This document shows, in pieces, positions 47,215 through 56,090 of a stretch of DNA of 64,000 nucleotides. Under the pieces are notes generated by a model. It did no database searches and was not told the origin of the DNA. It was given only the letters and a program-made list of their open reading frames with translations. The stretch is from assembly GCA_017439555.1 (NCBI GenBank), contig JAFSIZ010000186.1, forward strand, positions 390 to 64,389. The letters are read 5' to 3'. The position numbers were made by a program, and so were the translations under genes. The DNA is from Oscillospiraceae bacterium. GTDB taxonomy: Bacteria; Bacillota; Clostridia; Oscillospirales; JAAYXM01. How positions within the stretch are numbered: the first letter of the stretch is position 1; each line of letters starts with the position of its first letter.

Positions 47215-49587
47215 ATGTATCAGGTAGTAAAACGTGACGGCAAGACAGTAAATTTCAACTTATCAAAGATCAGCAATGCGATTATGCAGGCGTTTGATGC
47301 TTGCGACAAGCAGTATAACTCCGACATAATCGATTTTCTCGCGCTCAAGGTAACGAGCGAATTTGAGCCGAAGATTGAAAATGGCGTAATCTCCGTTGAG
47401 GCAATTCAGGACAGCGTTGAGTCTGTTCTTATCAAGGGCGGTTATGACGATGTTGCAAAGGCATATATTCTCTACCGTAAGCAGAGAGAGAAGATCCGTA
47501 ACCTCGGCTCGACAATCGTTGATTATAAGGAGATTATCGACAACTATCTCCAGATAAACGACTGGCGCGTCAAGGAGAACTCCACGGTTACATATTCCGT
47601 CGGCGGTCTCATCCTCTCAAACTCCGGCGCTATCACAGCCAACTATTGGCTCTCCGAGGTCTATGACGATGAAATCGGCGATGCTCACAGAAACGCTGAT
47701 ATCCATATCCACGACCTCTCGATGCTCACAGGCTATTGCGCAGGCTGGTCGCTCAAGCAGCTCATTCAGGAAGGTCTCGGCGGCGTTACCGGCAAGATCA
47801 CTTCCGCTCCTGCAAAGCATCTCGCAACGCTCTGCAACCAGATGGTAAACTTCCTCGGAATTATGCAGAACGAATGGGCAGGAGCTCAGGCCTTCTCATC
47901 ATTTGACACATATCTTGCGCCGTTCGTCAAGGCAGACAACCTTGAATACGATCAGGTCAAGAAATGCATTGAGTCCTTTATCTATGGCGTAAACACACCG
48001 TCGCGCTGGGGTACTCAGGCTCCGTTTAGTAACATCACTCTTGACTGGACAGTTCCGAACGACCTTGCAGAGCTCAACTGCATCATCGGCGGCAAGGAAA
48101 TGGACTTCAAGTATAAGGATTGCCAGAAGGAAATGGATATGGTCAACCGCGCGTTCATCGAGATTATGATCGAGGGCGACGCAAACGGTCGCGGCTTCCA
48201 GTATCCGATCCCGACATATTCCATCACATCTGATTTCGATTGGTCAGAAACAGAGAACAACAAGCTTCTCTTTGAAATGACTTCAAAATACGGTACACCG
48301 TATTTCTCAAACTACATCAACTCCGATATGGAGCCGAGCGACGTCCGCAGTATGTGCTGCCGTCTCCGCCTCGACCTCCGCGAGCTCCGCAAGAAATCGG
48401 GCGGCTTCTTCGGAAGCGGCGAGAGCACAGGCTCTGTCGGTGTTGTAACAATCAATATGCCGAGAATTGCATACCTCGCAAAGAACGAGGAAGAGTTTTA
48501 TGCCCGTCTTGACAAGCTTATGGATATCGCGGCACGCTCGCTCAAGGTCAAGCGTACTGTCATCACAAAGCTTCTCGATGCAGGTCTCTACCCCTATACA
48601 AAGCGTTACCTCGGCACCTTCAATAACCATTTCTCGACAATCGGTCTTGTCGGTATGAACGAAGTCGGCCTCAATGCAAAGTGGCTCGGCAAGGATCTCA
48701 CAGATGAGAGGACACAGGCATTTACAAAGGATGTTCTCAACCATATGCGCGAGAGACTTTCCGATTATCAGGAGATGTATGGCGACCTCTATAACCTCGA
48801 GGCAACTCCTGCTGAGTCAACAGCTTTCCGCCTTGCAAAGCACGACCTGAAGCGCTATCCGAACATCATCACAGCTGCAAAGAACGAGGGCGATGCTCCG
48901 TATTACACAAACAGCTCGCATCTTCCTGTCGGCTATACAGAGGATATCTTCACAGCTCTCGACATTCAGGACGAGCTCCAGACACTCTATACATCGGGAA
49001 CGGTTTTCCATGCATTCCTCGGCGAGAAGCTTCCTGACTGGAAGGCTGCTGCAAACCTCGTCAGAAAGATTGCAGAGAACTATAAGCTTCCTTATTACAC
49101 GCTTTCTCCGACATATTCCGTCTGTAAGACACACGGCTATATCGCAGGTGAGCAGTTTGAATGCCCCGAATGTGGCGAGAAGACAGAGGTATATAGCCGC
49201 ATAACAGGCTACTATCGCCCGGTTCAGAACTGGAACGACGGAAAGAGCCAGGAATATAAGGACAGAAGAGTCTATGACATCGCAAGCTCAAAGCTTACAA
49301 GAAACGGAAGACCCGTTGAGGATGCACCGATAGCGGCGGCAGAGAGCTCTGACACAGTCGCTGACGGCAACTATCTCTTCACAACGGCGACCTGCCCCAA
49401 CTGTAAGATTGCTTGCGCAACGCTCGACAAGGCAGGCTTTGAATATGAGAAGCTCCTTGCAAACGAGCACAAGGCGCTTGCAGAGGCGCTCGGCATCAAG
49501 CAGGCACCGACGCTTGCAGTCGTCCGTGGCGGCGAGGTCACAAAATATACAGGCGTTTCCGATATAAAGAAGATGCTCAACGCATAA
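47215..49587 (+). CDS. nrdD: Anaerobic (class III) ribonucleoside-triphosphate reductase with ATP-cone and C-terminal glutaredoxin-like CxxC domain
   Basis: ATP-cone VVKRDGKTVNFNLSKI. Zn site C...CPECG. Glycyl-radical motif SRITGYYRPV. Extra C-terminal roughly 75 aa: LFTTATCPNCKIACATLDKAGF...APTLAVVRGGE. RBS before ATG 47215; the track start at 47155 lies inside the leader palindrome. Confidence 0.9.
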   Translation: MYQVVKRDGKTVNFNLSKISNAIMQAFDACDKQYNSDIIDFLALKVTSEFEPKIENGVISVEAIQDSVESVLIKGGYDDVAKAYILYRKQREKIRNLGSTIVDYKEIIDNYLQINDWRVKENSTVTYSVGGLILSNSGAITANYWLSEVYDDEIGDAHRNADIHIHDLSMLTGYCAGWSLKQLIQEGLGGVTGKITSAPAKHLATLCNQMVNFLGIMQNEWAGAQAFSSFDTYLAPFVKADNLEYDQVKKCIESFIYGVNTPSRWGTQAPFSNITLDWTVPNDLAELNCIIGGKEMDFKYKDCQKEMDMVNRAFIEIMIEGDANGRGFQYPIPTYSITSDFDWSETENNKLLFEMTSKYGTPYFSNYINSDMEPSDVRSMCCRLRLDLRELRKKSGGFFGSGESTGSVGVVTINMPRIAYLAKNEEEFYARLDKLMDIAARSLKVKRTVITKLLDAGLYPYTKRYLGTFNNHFSTIGLVGMNEVGLNAKWLGKDLTDERTQAFTKDVLNHMRERLSDYQEMYGDLYNLEATPAESTAFRLAKHDLKRYPNIITAAKNEGDAPYYTNSSHLPVGYTEDIFTALDIQDELQTLYTSGTVFHAFLGEKLPDWKAAANLVRKIAENYKLPYYTLSPTYSVCKTHGYIAGEQFECPECGEKTEVYSRITGYYRPVQNWNDGKSQEYKDRRVYDIASSKLTRNGRPVEDAPIAAAESSDTVADGNYLFTTATCPNCKIACATLDKAGFEYEKLLANEHKALAEALGIKQAPTLAVVRGGEVTKYTGVSDIKKMLNA

Positions 49588-49634
49588 GGCATCAAAAATC
49601 AGACGCGCACCGGTTTTTGGAAGGGATAATATAT

Positions 49635-50549
49635 ATGTATGATATTATAGTAATCGGCGGTGGCCCGGCAGGGCTTACCGCCGCCCTCTACGCAAGGAGG
49701 GCAAATAAGAGCGTTCTCGTTATTGAGAAGGCAACCTTCGGCGGCCAGATAACCTATTCTCCGAAGGTCGAAAACATCCCGGGTTTTATAAGCCTCACAG
49801 GCAACGAGTTTGCTGAAAAGCTCGTCGAGCAGGTGCTCGAGCAGGGCGCAGAGGTCGAGGCGGCTGAGGTCGAAAAGGTCGAGGTTGAGGGCGATATCAA
49901 AAAGGTTACGACAGATTGCGGCGATGTGTTTGAAGGAAAAAGTCTCATCATCGCGACAGGCGCACGCCACCGTCTCCTCGGGCTTCCGAATGAAGAAAGC
50001 TATATCGGCGAGGGGATTTCCTTCTGCGCTGTATGTGACGGCGCGTTTTATGAGGACAAGACGGTTGCTGTCATCGGCGGCGGAAACTCCGCGCTTCAGG
50101 AGGCGCTTCTGCTCTCTGACCTTGCAAAGAAGGTCTATGTTGTGCAGAACCTCGATTTCCTGACAGGCGAGGAAAAGCTTTCCGAACAGCTTTCCGAGCG
50201 CGACAACATCGAAGTAATTCTCGGCACTGTTGTCAAGGAGCTTCACGGTGAAGGCGAGCTTACGGGAATTACCGTTACAGAGGAAAAGACCGGCAAGGAC
50301 ACGCTCCTTGAGGTTGACGGAATGTTTATAGCAATCGGCCTTGTGCCACAGAATGAGATTTTCACAGAGGTCATAACTCTTGATGATCGCGGCTATGCCG
50401 AGGCGGGAGAGGACTGCATCACCTCCGCTCTCGGCATCTTCGCCGCGGGCGACTGCAGAAAAAAGCGCATCCGCCAGGTGACAACCGCAGCGGCAGACGG
50501 CGCAGTTGCAGCGCTCGCCGCTTGTGACTATGTTGATAATATGAAATAG
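49635..50549 (+). CDS. trxB: Thioredoxin-disulfide reductase
   Basis: DIIVIGGGPAG, redox-active CAVCDG, and GGGNSALQEA as the second dinucleotide motif. Confidence 0.9.
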   Translation: MYDIIVIGGGPAGLTAALYARRANKSVLVIEKATFGGQITYSPKVENIPGFISLTGNEFAEKLVEQVLEQGAEVEAAEVEKVEVEGDIKKVTTDCGDVFEGKSLIIATGARHRLLGLPNEESYIGEGISFCAVCDGAFYEDKTVAVIGGGNSALQEALLLSDLAKKVYVVQNLDFLTGEEKLSEQLSERDNIEVILGTVVKELHGEGELTGITVTEEKTGKDTLLEVDGMFIAIGLVPQNEIFTEVITLDDRGYAEAGEDCITSALGIFAAGDCRKKRIRQVTTAAADGAVAALAACDYVDNMK

Positions 50550-50669
50550 GTCGACGAAAAGTGTGCATGACCGCAGGCAAAGTGCCTGCTTTGTTCAAAG
50601 GTCACCTCTCGGAGTATCTGCATACACCTTCGGGTTCCCTTTGAACAATCCTACACTCTTTTGGTCAAC
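50550..50669. other. Highly structured roughly 120-nt intergenic element (candidate small RNA or miniature inverted-repeat element)
   Basis: Nested complementarity. Outer arms 50550-50565 and 50654-69 match at 13 of 16 positions. Hairpin gcaggca-aag-tgcctgc (50573-50589). An 11/11 helix ttgttcaaagg/cctttgaacaa (50591-601 and 50638-48) encloses a hairpin at 50611-50628. Confidence 0.35.
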
Positions 50670-50687
50670 CTAAAAGTCGATGATAAC

Positions 50688-50724
50688 AAAACAACCCTGT
50701 GTTTTGATAACATAGGGTTGTTTT
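50688..50724. terminator. Bidirectional terminator
   Basis: aaaacaaccct...agggttgtttt between trxB (+) and the ECF S-component gene (-). Confidence 0.7.
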
Positions 50725-50746
50725 GTGTATGTTTTATACGATTTGT

Positions 50747-51256
50747 TTAAATGGAAAAGCGGTCGCGAAGCTTTGCTTTGTCAAAGGCAGCGGCGAGAAG
50801 AAGAAATGCAACCGAAGAGAAAATACCCTGAAGAGCGTTCCAAAGCATACCGAGAAGCGGCGAGACAAAGCTTCCGAAAAGGATAACCTCTGCTATGTAA
50901 TAACCGCCTATAAGGATAAGCGTTCCGAGAACGGAGGATATGATGCTCTTTGCGGAAAACAGCTTCGTCTGTGTTTTCTTAAAGAACATAAGAGACATAA
51001 GCGCCTTTATAAGAGCCGTGGGGAGAATGTAGATTGTATATCCTGCCATCATATCTGCAAGACCGCCGCCTATTGCAGAAGTTATCATCGCATATGGCGT
51101 GGGCAGGATTGCCGCCGAAAGAAAGACAAAGGCATCGCCGATGTGGACATAGCCCTGACCTCCGAAAATCGGTATTGCTGTAAAGCGGGTGCATACCGTT
51201 ATAATAGCTGCGAAAAGCGCTGACAAAACAAGATACTTCGTATTGTTTTTTTTCAT
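50747..51256 (-). CDS. ECF-transporter substrate-specific (S) component, probably vitamin B6/HMP-type
   Basis: 169 aa with 5-6 TM helices. ...IPIFGGQGYVHIGDAFVFLSA...GGGLADMMAGY... is typical of S components. Lies adjacent to pdxK. Confidence 0.65.
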   Translation of the reverse strand: MKKNNTKYLVLSALFAAIITVCTRFTAIPIFGGQGYVHIGDAFVFLSAAILPTPYAMITSAIGGGLADMMAGYTIYILPTALIKALMSLMFFKKTQTKLFSAKSIISSVLGTLILIGGYYIAEVILFGSFVSPLLGMLWNALQGIFSSVAFLLLAAAFDKAKLRDRFSI

Positions 51257-51293
51257 ATTATCTCATCCTTTGGTGTTTGAAATGATCTGGCGG

Positions 51294-52127
51294 CTATTCG
51301 TTTACTGCCTCGATGAGCTTTATGAGAGAAGGCTCAAACTTTACGCCGTACCAATGGTTGTCCTCTGCCTGAGTGGATTTTATACATTCGACTGTATAAT
51401 CAGCCGCGATTCTTGCCGCATCATATGCGTTCTTTCCGCGCACCAGCGCGCCGACGAAGGAGGACGCATAAATATCGCCTGTGCCGTGGCAGTCCTTGCC
51501 CTCGCGGTTATGCTCATAATATGAGTATTTTCCGTTTTCGTAAACGACAACGCCGAGCTTGTCGGGTGAATATGAAACGCCTGAGAGGATTATATTGTTG
51601 CAGCCGATTTTGATGAGTGAGGCGAGTATCTCATCAATGTATGTTCTGTCATATTCTGTCTTGTATTCAACACCTGTGAGCAGGCAAGCCTCTGTTATGT
51701 TGGGGATTATGTAGTCAGCCTTTGCACAAAGTGCCTTCATTGCTTCGACAAATTCCATATCAAAGCCGACATAGAGCTTTCCGTTGTCTGCCATTGCAGG
51801 GTCAACGACGAGAAGCCCACCATCCTTGCAGACGGAAGAATATATGTCGAGAACATAGTCTATCTGCTTTGTGCTGCCGAGATAGCCTGTGTAGATTGCA
51901 TCGAAGCTTATTCCTTCGCTCTTCCAATGCTCATTGATTGCAGGCATATCCTCTGTGAGATCGCGGAAGGTATAGCCCGAAAAGCCTGATGTATGTGTTG
52001 AGAGCACGGCAGACGGGAGCACACAGGTCTCGATGCCACAGGCGGATATTATCGGAAGTGCAACCGTAAGAGAGCATTGACCGACACAGGAAATATCTTG
52101 AATTGTCAACAGCTTTTTATAGCTCAT
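51294..52127 (-). CDS. pdxK: Pyridoxal/pyridoxine/pyridoxamine kinase
   Basis: LLTIQDISCVGQCSLTVALPIISACGIE...AIYTGYLGS...VVDPAMADNGKLY...HGTGDIYAS. Confidence 0.85.
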   Translation of the reverse strand: MSYKKLLTIQDISCVGQCSLTVALPIISACGIETCVLPSAVLSTHTSGFSGYTFRDLTEDMPAINEHWKSEGISFDAIYTGYLGSTKQIDYVLDIYSSVCKDGGLLVVDPAMADNGKLYVGFDMEFVEAMKALCAKADYIIPNITEACLLTGVEYKTEYDRTYIDEILASLIKIGCNNIILSGVSYSPDKLGVVVYENGKYSYYEHNREGKDCHGTGDIYASSFVGALVRGKNAYDAARIAADYTVECIKSTQAEDNHWYGVKFEPSLIKLIEAVNE

Positions 52128-52223
52128 GCTGAATTACCTCTTTTCTGATTTTTTTATGTTTACATTATAGTGAAAATATGGTATTATGAAAATAATCAGA
52201 AAAGGAGTTTTTTATATAACCAG

Positions 52224-53309
52224 ATGAAATATTCAATAGATACTGTTTCGAAGAAAAGCGCATATATCCAGCTCTACACACAGCTGCGCGAGGATATCAT
52301 AAAGGAAGTATATCACTATGGTGACAGGCTTCCGTCAAAGCGGTTGCTTGCAGACGAAACGCTCACAAGCGTTATAACTGTCGAACACGCATATGCCCTG
52401 CTCATTGAAGAGGGTTATATTGAGGCGAGGGAGAGAAGCGGTTACTTCGTGATATTCCGCACTGATGACCGCTTTGCGGCGGCTCCGCCGGCAGAGCCGG
52501 CCTTGCTGCACAGCTTTTCGGATGGAGCAGCGCAGGGCAGCAGCTTTCCGTTTCCCGTTCTCGCAAAGACGATGCGGCGCGTGATTTCTGATTTCGGTGA
52601 GCTTATTCTTGAACGCTCGCCAAACAGCGGCTGTGAGGAGCTTAGATGCGCAATATCCGGGTATCTTGCGCGAAGCCGCGGCATTATGGCCGATGCCTCG
52701 CAGATATTCATAGGCTCCGGTGCGGAATATCTCTATGGGCTGATTGTCGAGCTTCTCGGGCGCGAGCGCATATATGCAATTGAGGCGCCGTCATATGAAA
52801 AGATAGAGCAGGTATATCGCGCCGCAGATGTCAGATATGAGAGCCTGCCGCTTACGTCTGACGGCATCGACAGCTCATCCCTTGCGGTATCTGATGCCGA
52901 TGTTCTGCACATCACGCCGTATCGCAGCTTCCCGAGCGGCATAACGGCGTCTGCATCAAAGAGACATGAATATATCCGCTGGGCGGCGCGCGGCGGAAGA
53001 TATATCGTCGAGGACGATTTTGAATCTGAATTCTCCGTCTCGCGAAAGGCTGAGGAAACGCTGTTCTCGCTCTCGGGCGATGAGAACGTTATCTATATAA
53101 ACACATTTTCAAAGAGCATTTCGCCTTCGATGCGTGTCGGATATATGGTGCTCCCAAAGCCGCTTGTAGAAGAATTTGAAGAAAAGCTCGGTTTCTATTC
53201 CTGCACAGTGCCGACCTTTGAACAGTTTGTAATTGCAACGCTCATTTCGAGTGGAGATTTTGAGCGCAATATAAACCGCGTCAGGCGGCAAAAAAGGAAA
53301 GAGCTGTAA
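52224..53309 (+). CDS. MocR/PdxR-like regulator (GntR HTH fused to an aminotransferase-like domain)
   Basis: N-terminal winged HTH YIQLYTQLREDI...LPSKRLLADETLTSVITVEHAYALLIEEGYIEARERSGYFV. The C-terminal fold-type-I-like region is short for the family. Divergent from pdxK. Confidence 0.68.
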   Translation: MKYSIDTVSKKSAYIQLYTQLREDIIKEVYHYGDRLPSKRLLADETLTSVITVEHAYALLIEEGYIEARERSGYFVIFRTDDRFAAAPPAEPALLHSFSDGAAQGSSFPFPVLAKTMRRVISDFGELILERSPNSGCEELRCAISGYLARSRGIMADASQIFIGSGAEYLYGLIVELLGRERIYAIEAPSYEKIEQVYRAADVRYESLPLTSDGIDSSSLAVSDADVLHITPYRSFPSGITASASKRHEYIRWAARGGRYIVEDDFESEFSVSRKAEETLFSLSGDENVIYINTFSKSISPSMRVGYMVLPKPLVEEFEEKLGFYSCTVPTFEQFVIATLISSGDFERNINRVRRQKRKEL

Positions 53310-53342
53310 AAAGCGACTCTCAAAATTGAGAGTCGCTTTTTT
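53309..53342 (+). terminator. Intrinsic terminator
   Basis: aaaagcgactctc-aaaat-tgagagtcgctttttt. Confidence 0.85.
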
Positions 53343-53397
53343 GCGTATAAAAAAAGGTGCAAAAGGCAAAAATAAGCAAAAAGAAAGGGTGGTGTCA

Positions 53398-54903
53398 ATG
53401 GGGGAAGGAAAAAGCAGGGAGGAGCTTGAGGCTCTGCGCTTCTCGGGCGTGCTTTCCGAGGACATCGCGTTGATGCGTGATATTCTCGGAAATGATGATA
53501 CAGTTGTTTTCCGCAACTTTGAAAACCGATTTGATAAAAAGATACGCGGATGTGTCATCTACACAGAGGTGCTTGTAAACAATATAATAATAGACCAGAA
53601 TATCGTGCGTCCGCTCATCGGCTTTGAGCCGATGAATGCCGAGCTCGGAGCAGGGCTTTCCGCGCGCCTTGCCGCGAGTGTTGTGAGCACGGATGAGGTC
53701 AAGACAAAGGACAAGCCGTTTGACGCTGTGACGGCCTTGCTCATCGGAGATACTGTCGTGCTGATAGACACCTGTCCTGAGGTGATTGTCGCAAACTCAA
53801 AGAAATATGCTCTTCGCGGCATTGGTGTTCCTGAGACGGAAAACGCTGTCAACGGACCGAAGGAGGGCTTTTGCGAGCTGATTGTGACGAATGTCGGCCT
53901 CATAAGGCGCAAGGTGAAGAACCCGAATCTCAAATTCCGCTTTTTCGAGGTCGGAAACGTCAGCCGCACGCGTGTGTGCCTGTCCTATATAGAGGGGTTA
54001 TGCGAGGAGACCTTGGTCGATGAGTTTATAAGGCGGCTCTCATCCTTTGAGATTGATTCTGTGCTTGATGTAAACTATATTTCAGAGCTTATTTCCGATT
54101 CCGGCGGCTCGATGTTTGAAACGCTTGGAAAGACTGAACGGCCTGACGTTGTGGCGGCGAAGCTCTTTGAGGGGAGAGCGGCGCTGCTTGTTGACGGAAC
54201 ACCCTATGCGCTGACGGCGCCGTTTCTGTTTCTGGAAAACTTTCAGGCAAATGAGGACTATTATGAAAACTTCTGGTTTGCAAGCTTTGTGAGAACGCTC
54301 AGGTTTCTTTCATTTTTTGCGGCGGTCAGCCTGCCTGCGCTTTATGTCGCACTCATATCATACCACAAGGCAATGATACCGAGAAACCTGCTTCTGAGCA
54401 TAGCAAAAAGCCGCGCGTCCGTTCCGTTTCCTGCGGCTGTCGAAATGTTCATATTGCTTCTGCTGTTTGATCTTCTGCGCGAGGCGGGAGTGAGGCTTCC
54501 GAAGGCGATAGGCGTTACGGTAAGCACTGTCGGCGCAATAGTTCTCGGGCAGAGTATCGTTTCGGCAAACATTGTGTCGGCAGAGATGATAATAATCGTT
54601 GCGATGTGTGGAATTGCCTCGTTCCTGACGCCGAAGCTCGAGACGGAGATTGTAATATTGAGGCTTTTATTTCTCGCCCTTTCGTCGATGCTCGGGATAT
54701 ACGGATATTCGATAGGAATTATCGCATTTACGGCATATATATCCTCGCTTTCATCGTTTGGTGTGGAATTTACTGCATATATAATTCCGAGGAGCTTTGG
54801 CGGCATGCACGACGGATATGTCAGAACTCCTCGTGAGCTTATGAAGCAGAGGCCCTGGGCGATTGCCAAAAAGAACAGAACAAGGTTCAGACGGAGGTTC
54901 TGA
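53398..54903 (+). CDS. Spore germinant receptor, A subunit (GerA/GerK A family)
   Basis: ...GIGVPETENAVNGPKEGFCELIVTNVGLIRRKVKNPNLKF... and the C-terminal TM bundle are typical of GerAA-family proteins. ATG 53398 has a GGGTGG RBS. Confidence 0.85.
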   Translation: MGEGKSREELEALRFSGVLSEDIALMRDILGNDDTVVFRNFENRFDKKIRGCVIYTEVLVNNIIIDQNIVRPLIGFEPMNAELGAGLSARLAASVVSTDEVKTKDKPFDAVTALLIGDTVVLIDTCPEVIVANSKKYALRGIGVPETENAVNGPKEGFCELIVTNVGLIRRKVKNPNLKFRFFEVGNVSRTRVCLSYIEGLCEETLVDEFIRRLSSFEIDSVLDVNYISELISDSGGSMFETLGKTERPDVVAAKLFEGRAALLVDGTPYALTAPFLFLENFQANEDYYENFWFASFVRTLRFLSFFAAVSLPALYVALISYHKAMIPRNLLLSIAKSRASVPFPAAVEMFILLLLFDLLREAGVRLPKAIGVTVSTVGAIVLGQSIVSANIVSAEMIIIVAMCGIASFLTPKLETEIVILRLLFLALSSMLGIYGYSIGIIAFTAYISSLSSFGVEFTAYIIPRSFGGMHDGYVRTPRELMKQRPWAIAKKNRTRFRRRF

Positions 54904-55889
54904 TGCGTTTTTTGAAAATTTTTTGCATTCTTCCTCTTTTTATGATGCTTTCGGGATGTTTCGACTATAATGAAATGAATATGCAGGAGCTTGTAAACGG
55001 CGTTGCGGCAGATGTCACGGCGCAGGGAATACGCGTCAATGTCGTGTGCGCGGCGACGGGAAGCGAGGAGGAAAAGCTCGGCACGGTCTATGAGGCGACG
55101 GGCAAAAGCTTTTTCGATGCCGTGCGCGAGGTTGCGAAAACCGCAGATAAAAAGCTCTATTGGGGCCACGCAAGCTGTATCCTTATCGGGGAGGAGGCGT
55201 GCGGTGACATAGACAGCTTTTTTGATGCGATTCTGCGCGCGCAGGATGTATATCTCGATATTGCGCCTGTTATAGCAAAGGGCGAGGCGGCTGATATTGT
55301 ATCCGCAAAAACGGCAAGCGGAGCGGATGTGTTTGAAAGCATATCCGGCGCATTTGCAAATGAAAGAAACTCAAAGCGCTTTCGTGCGCGGCGCTTGTGG
55401 GAGCTTCTGCGTGAACGCTCAAGCAGCGGTGTCTGTATCCTGCCAACTGTGGAGAAGGACGGAGAGATCATCTCGCTCTCCGGCGGAGCTGTGATCGGGG
55501 AGGAGGGGCTTCGCGGCCATCTTTCGGGAGAGCAGATGCTTTTGCTGTCTCTTCTGACAGAGAGCGGAGCAGGCGGTTATCTGCCGCCGACAGAGCTTTC
55601 GGGAGGAAGACAGGTGTCCTTTGAGATTCTTGCAAATGAGATAAGGAGAAAAGAGGAAGGGGACACAGTTCGCATTCTGCATAGCTGTGTGCTGTCTCCT
55701 GCCGAGGTGAAGGGTGAGGTCGATGCCGGGGAGATGGAGCGCGTCGCAAAGGCTGCGCTTGAGAGCGGTTTTTCGGCTCTTATCGAATATGCAGAGGAAA
55801 ATGATTTTGGGGATATTTTCAAAACAGGCGGAAAAAGGCTTGTGACAGAGACGGAGATAACCGTCAGCAATATTCTCGGAGGTAAGTGA
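54903..55889 (+). CDS. Spore germinant receptor, C subunit lipoprotein (Ger(x)C family)
   Basis: Lipobox MMLSGC. The length and position in the ger operon fit. Confidence 0.78.
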   Translation: MRFLKIFCILPLFMMLSGCFDYNEMNMQELVNGVAADVTAQGIRVNVVCAATGSEEEKLGTVYEATGKSFFDAVREVAKTADKKLYWGHASCILIGEEACGDIDSFFDAILRAQDVYLDIAPVIAKGEAADIVSAKTASGADVFESISGAFANERNSKRFRARRLWELLRERSSSGVCILPTVEKDGEIISLSGGAVIGEEGLRGHLSGEQMLLLSLLTESGAGGYLPPTELSGGRQVSFEILANEIRRKEEGDTVRILHSCVLSPAEVKGEVDAGEMERVAKAALESGFSALIEYAEENDFGDIFKTGGKRLVTETEITVSNILGGK

Positions 55890-56083
55890 TGTTTTTTGTG
55901 CTTCCTGCCGTTTTTGCGGCAGCGCTGTTTTTTGATTTTCGGGGCAGATACGGAAGGGAAAAACGGCTGTATATCGCCCTTTCCGTTATCGCCCTTGCGC
56001 TTTCTGTGCTTGCAGGCTTTGCGGCGCAGAGCGATCACGTCGGCGCATCGTTTTCGGGTATGATTTCAATATTTATGAGGTAG
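55886..56083 (+). CDS. Small two-TM protein inside the ger operon
   Basis: 65-aa ORF overlapping the upstream stop. Hydrophobic. Confidence 0.35.
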   Translation: MMFFVLPAVFAAALFFDFRGRYGREKRLYIALSVIALALSVLAGFAAQSDHVGASFSGMISIFMR

Positions 56084-56090
56084 TGATTCT

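Noticed and set aside
55886-56083. Extra small ORF as a novel germinant-receptor subunit
   Set aside because: The only support is a 65-codon hydrophobic ORF with overlapping stop and start. It is kept as a low-confidence feature and is not strong enough to be a finding.
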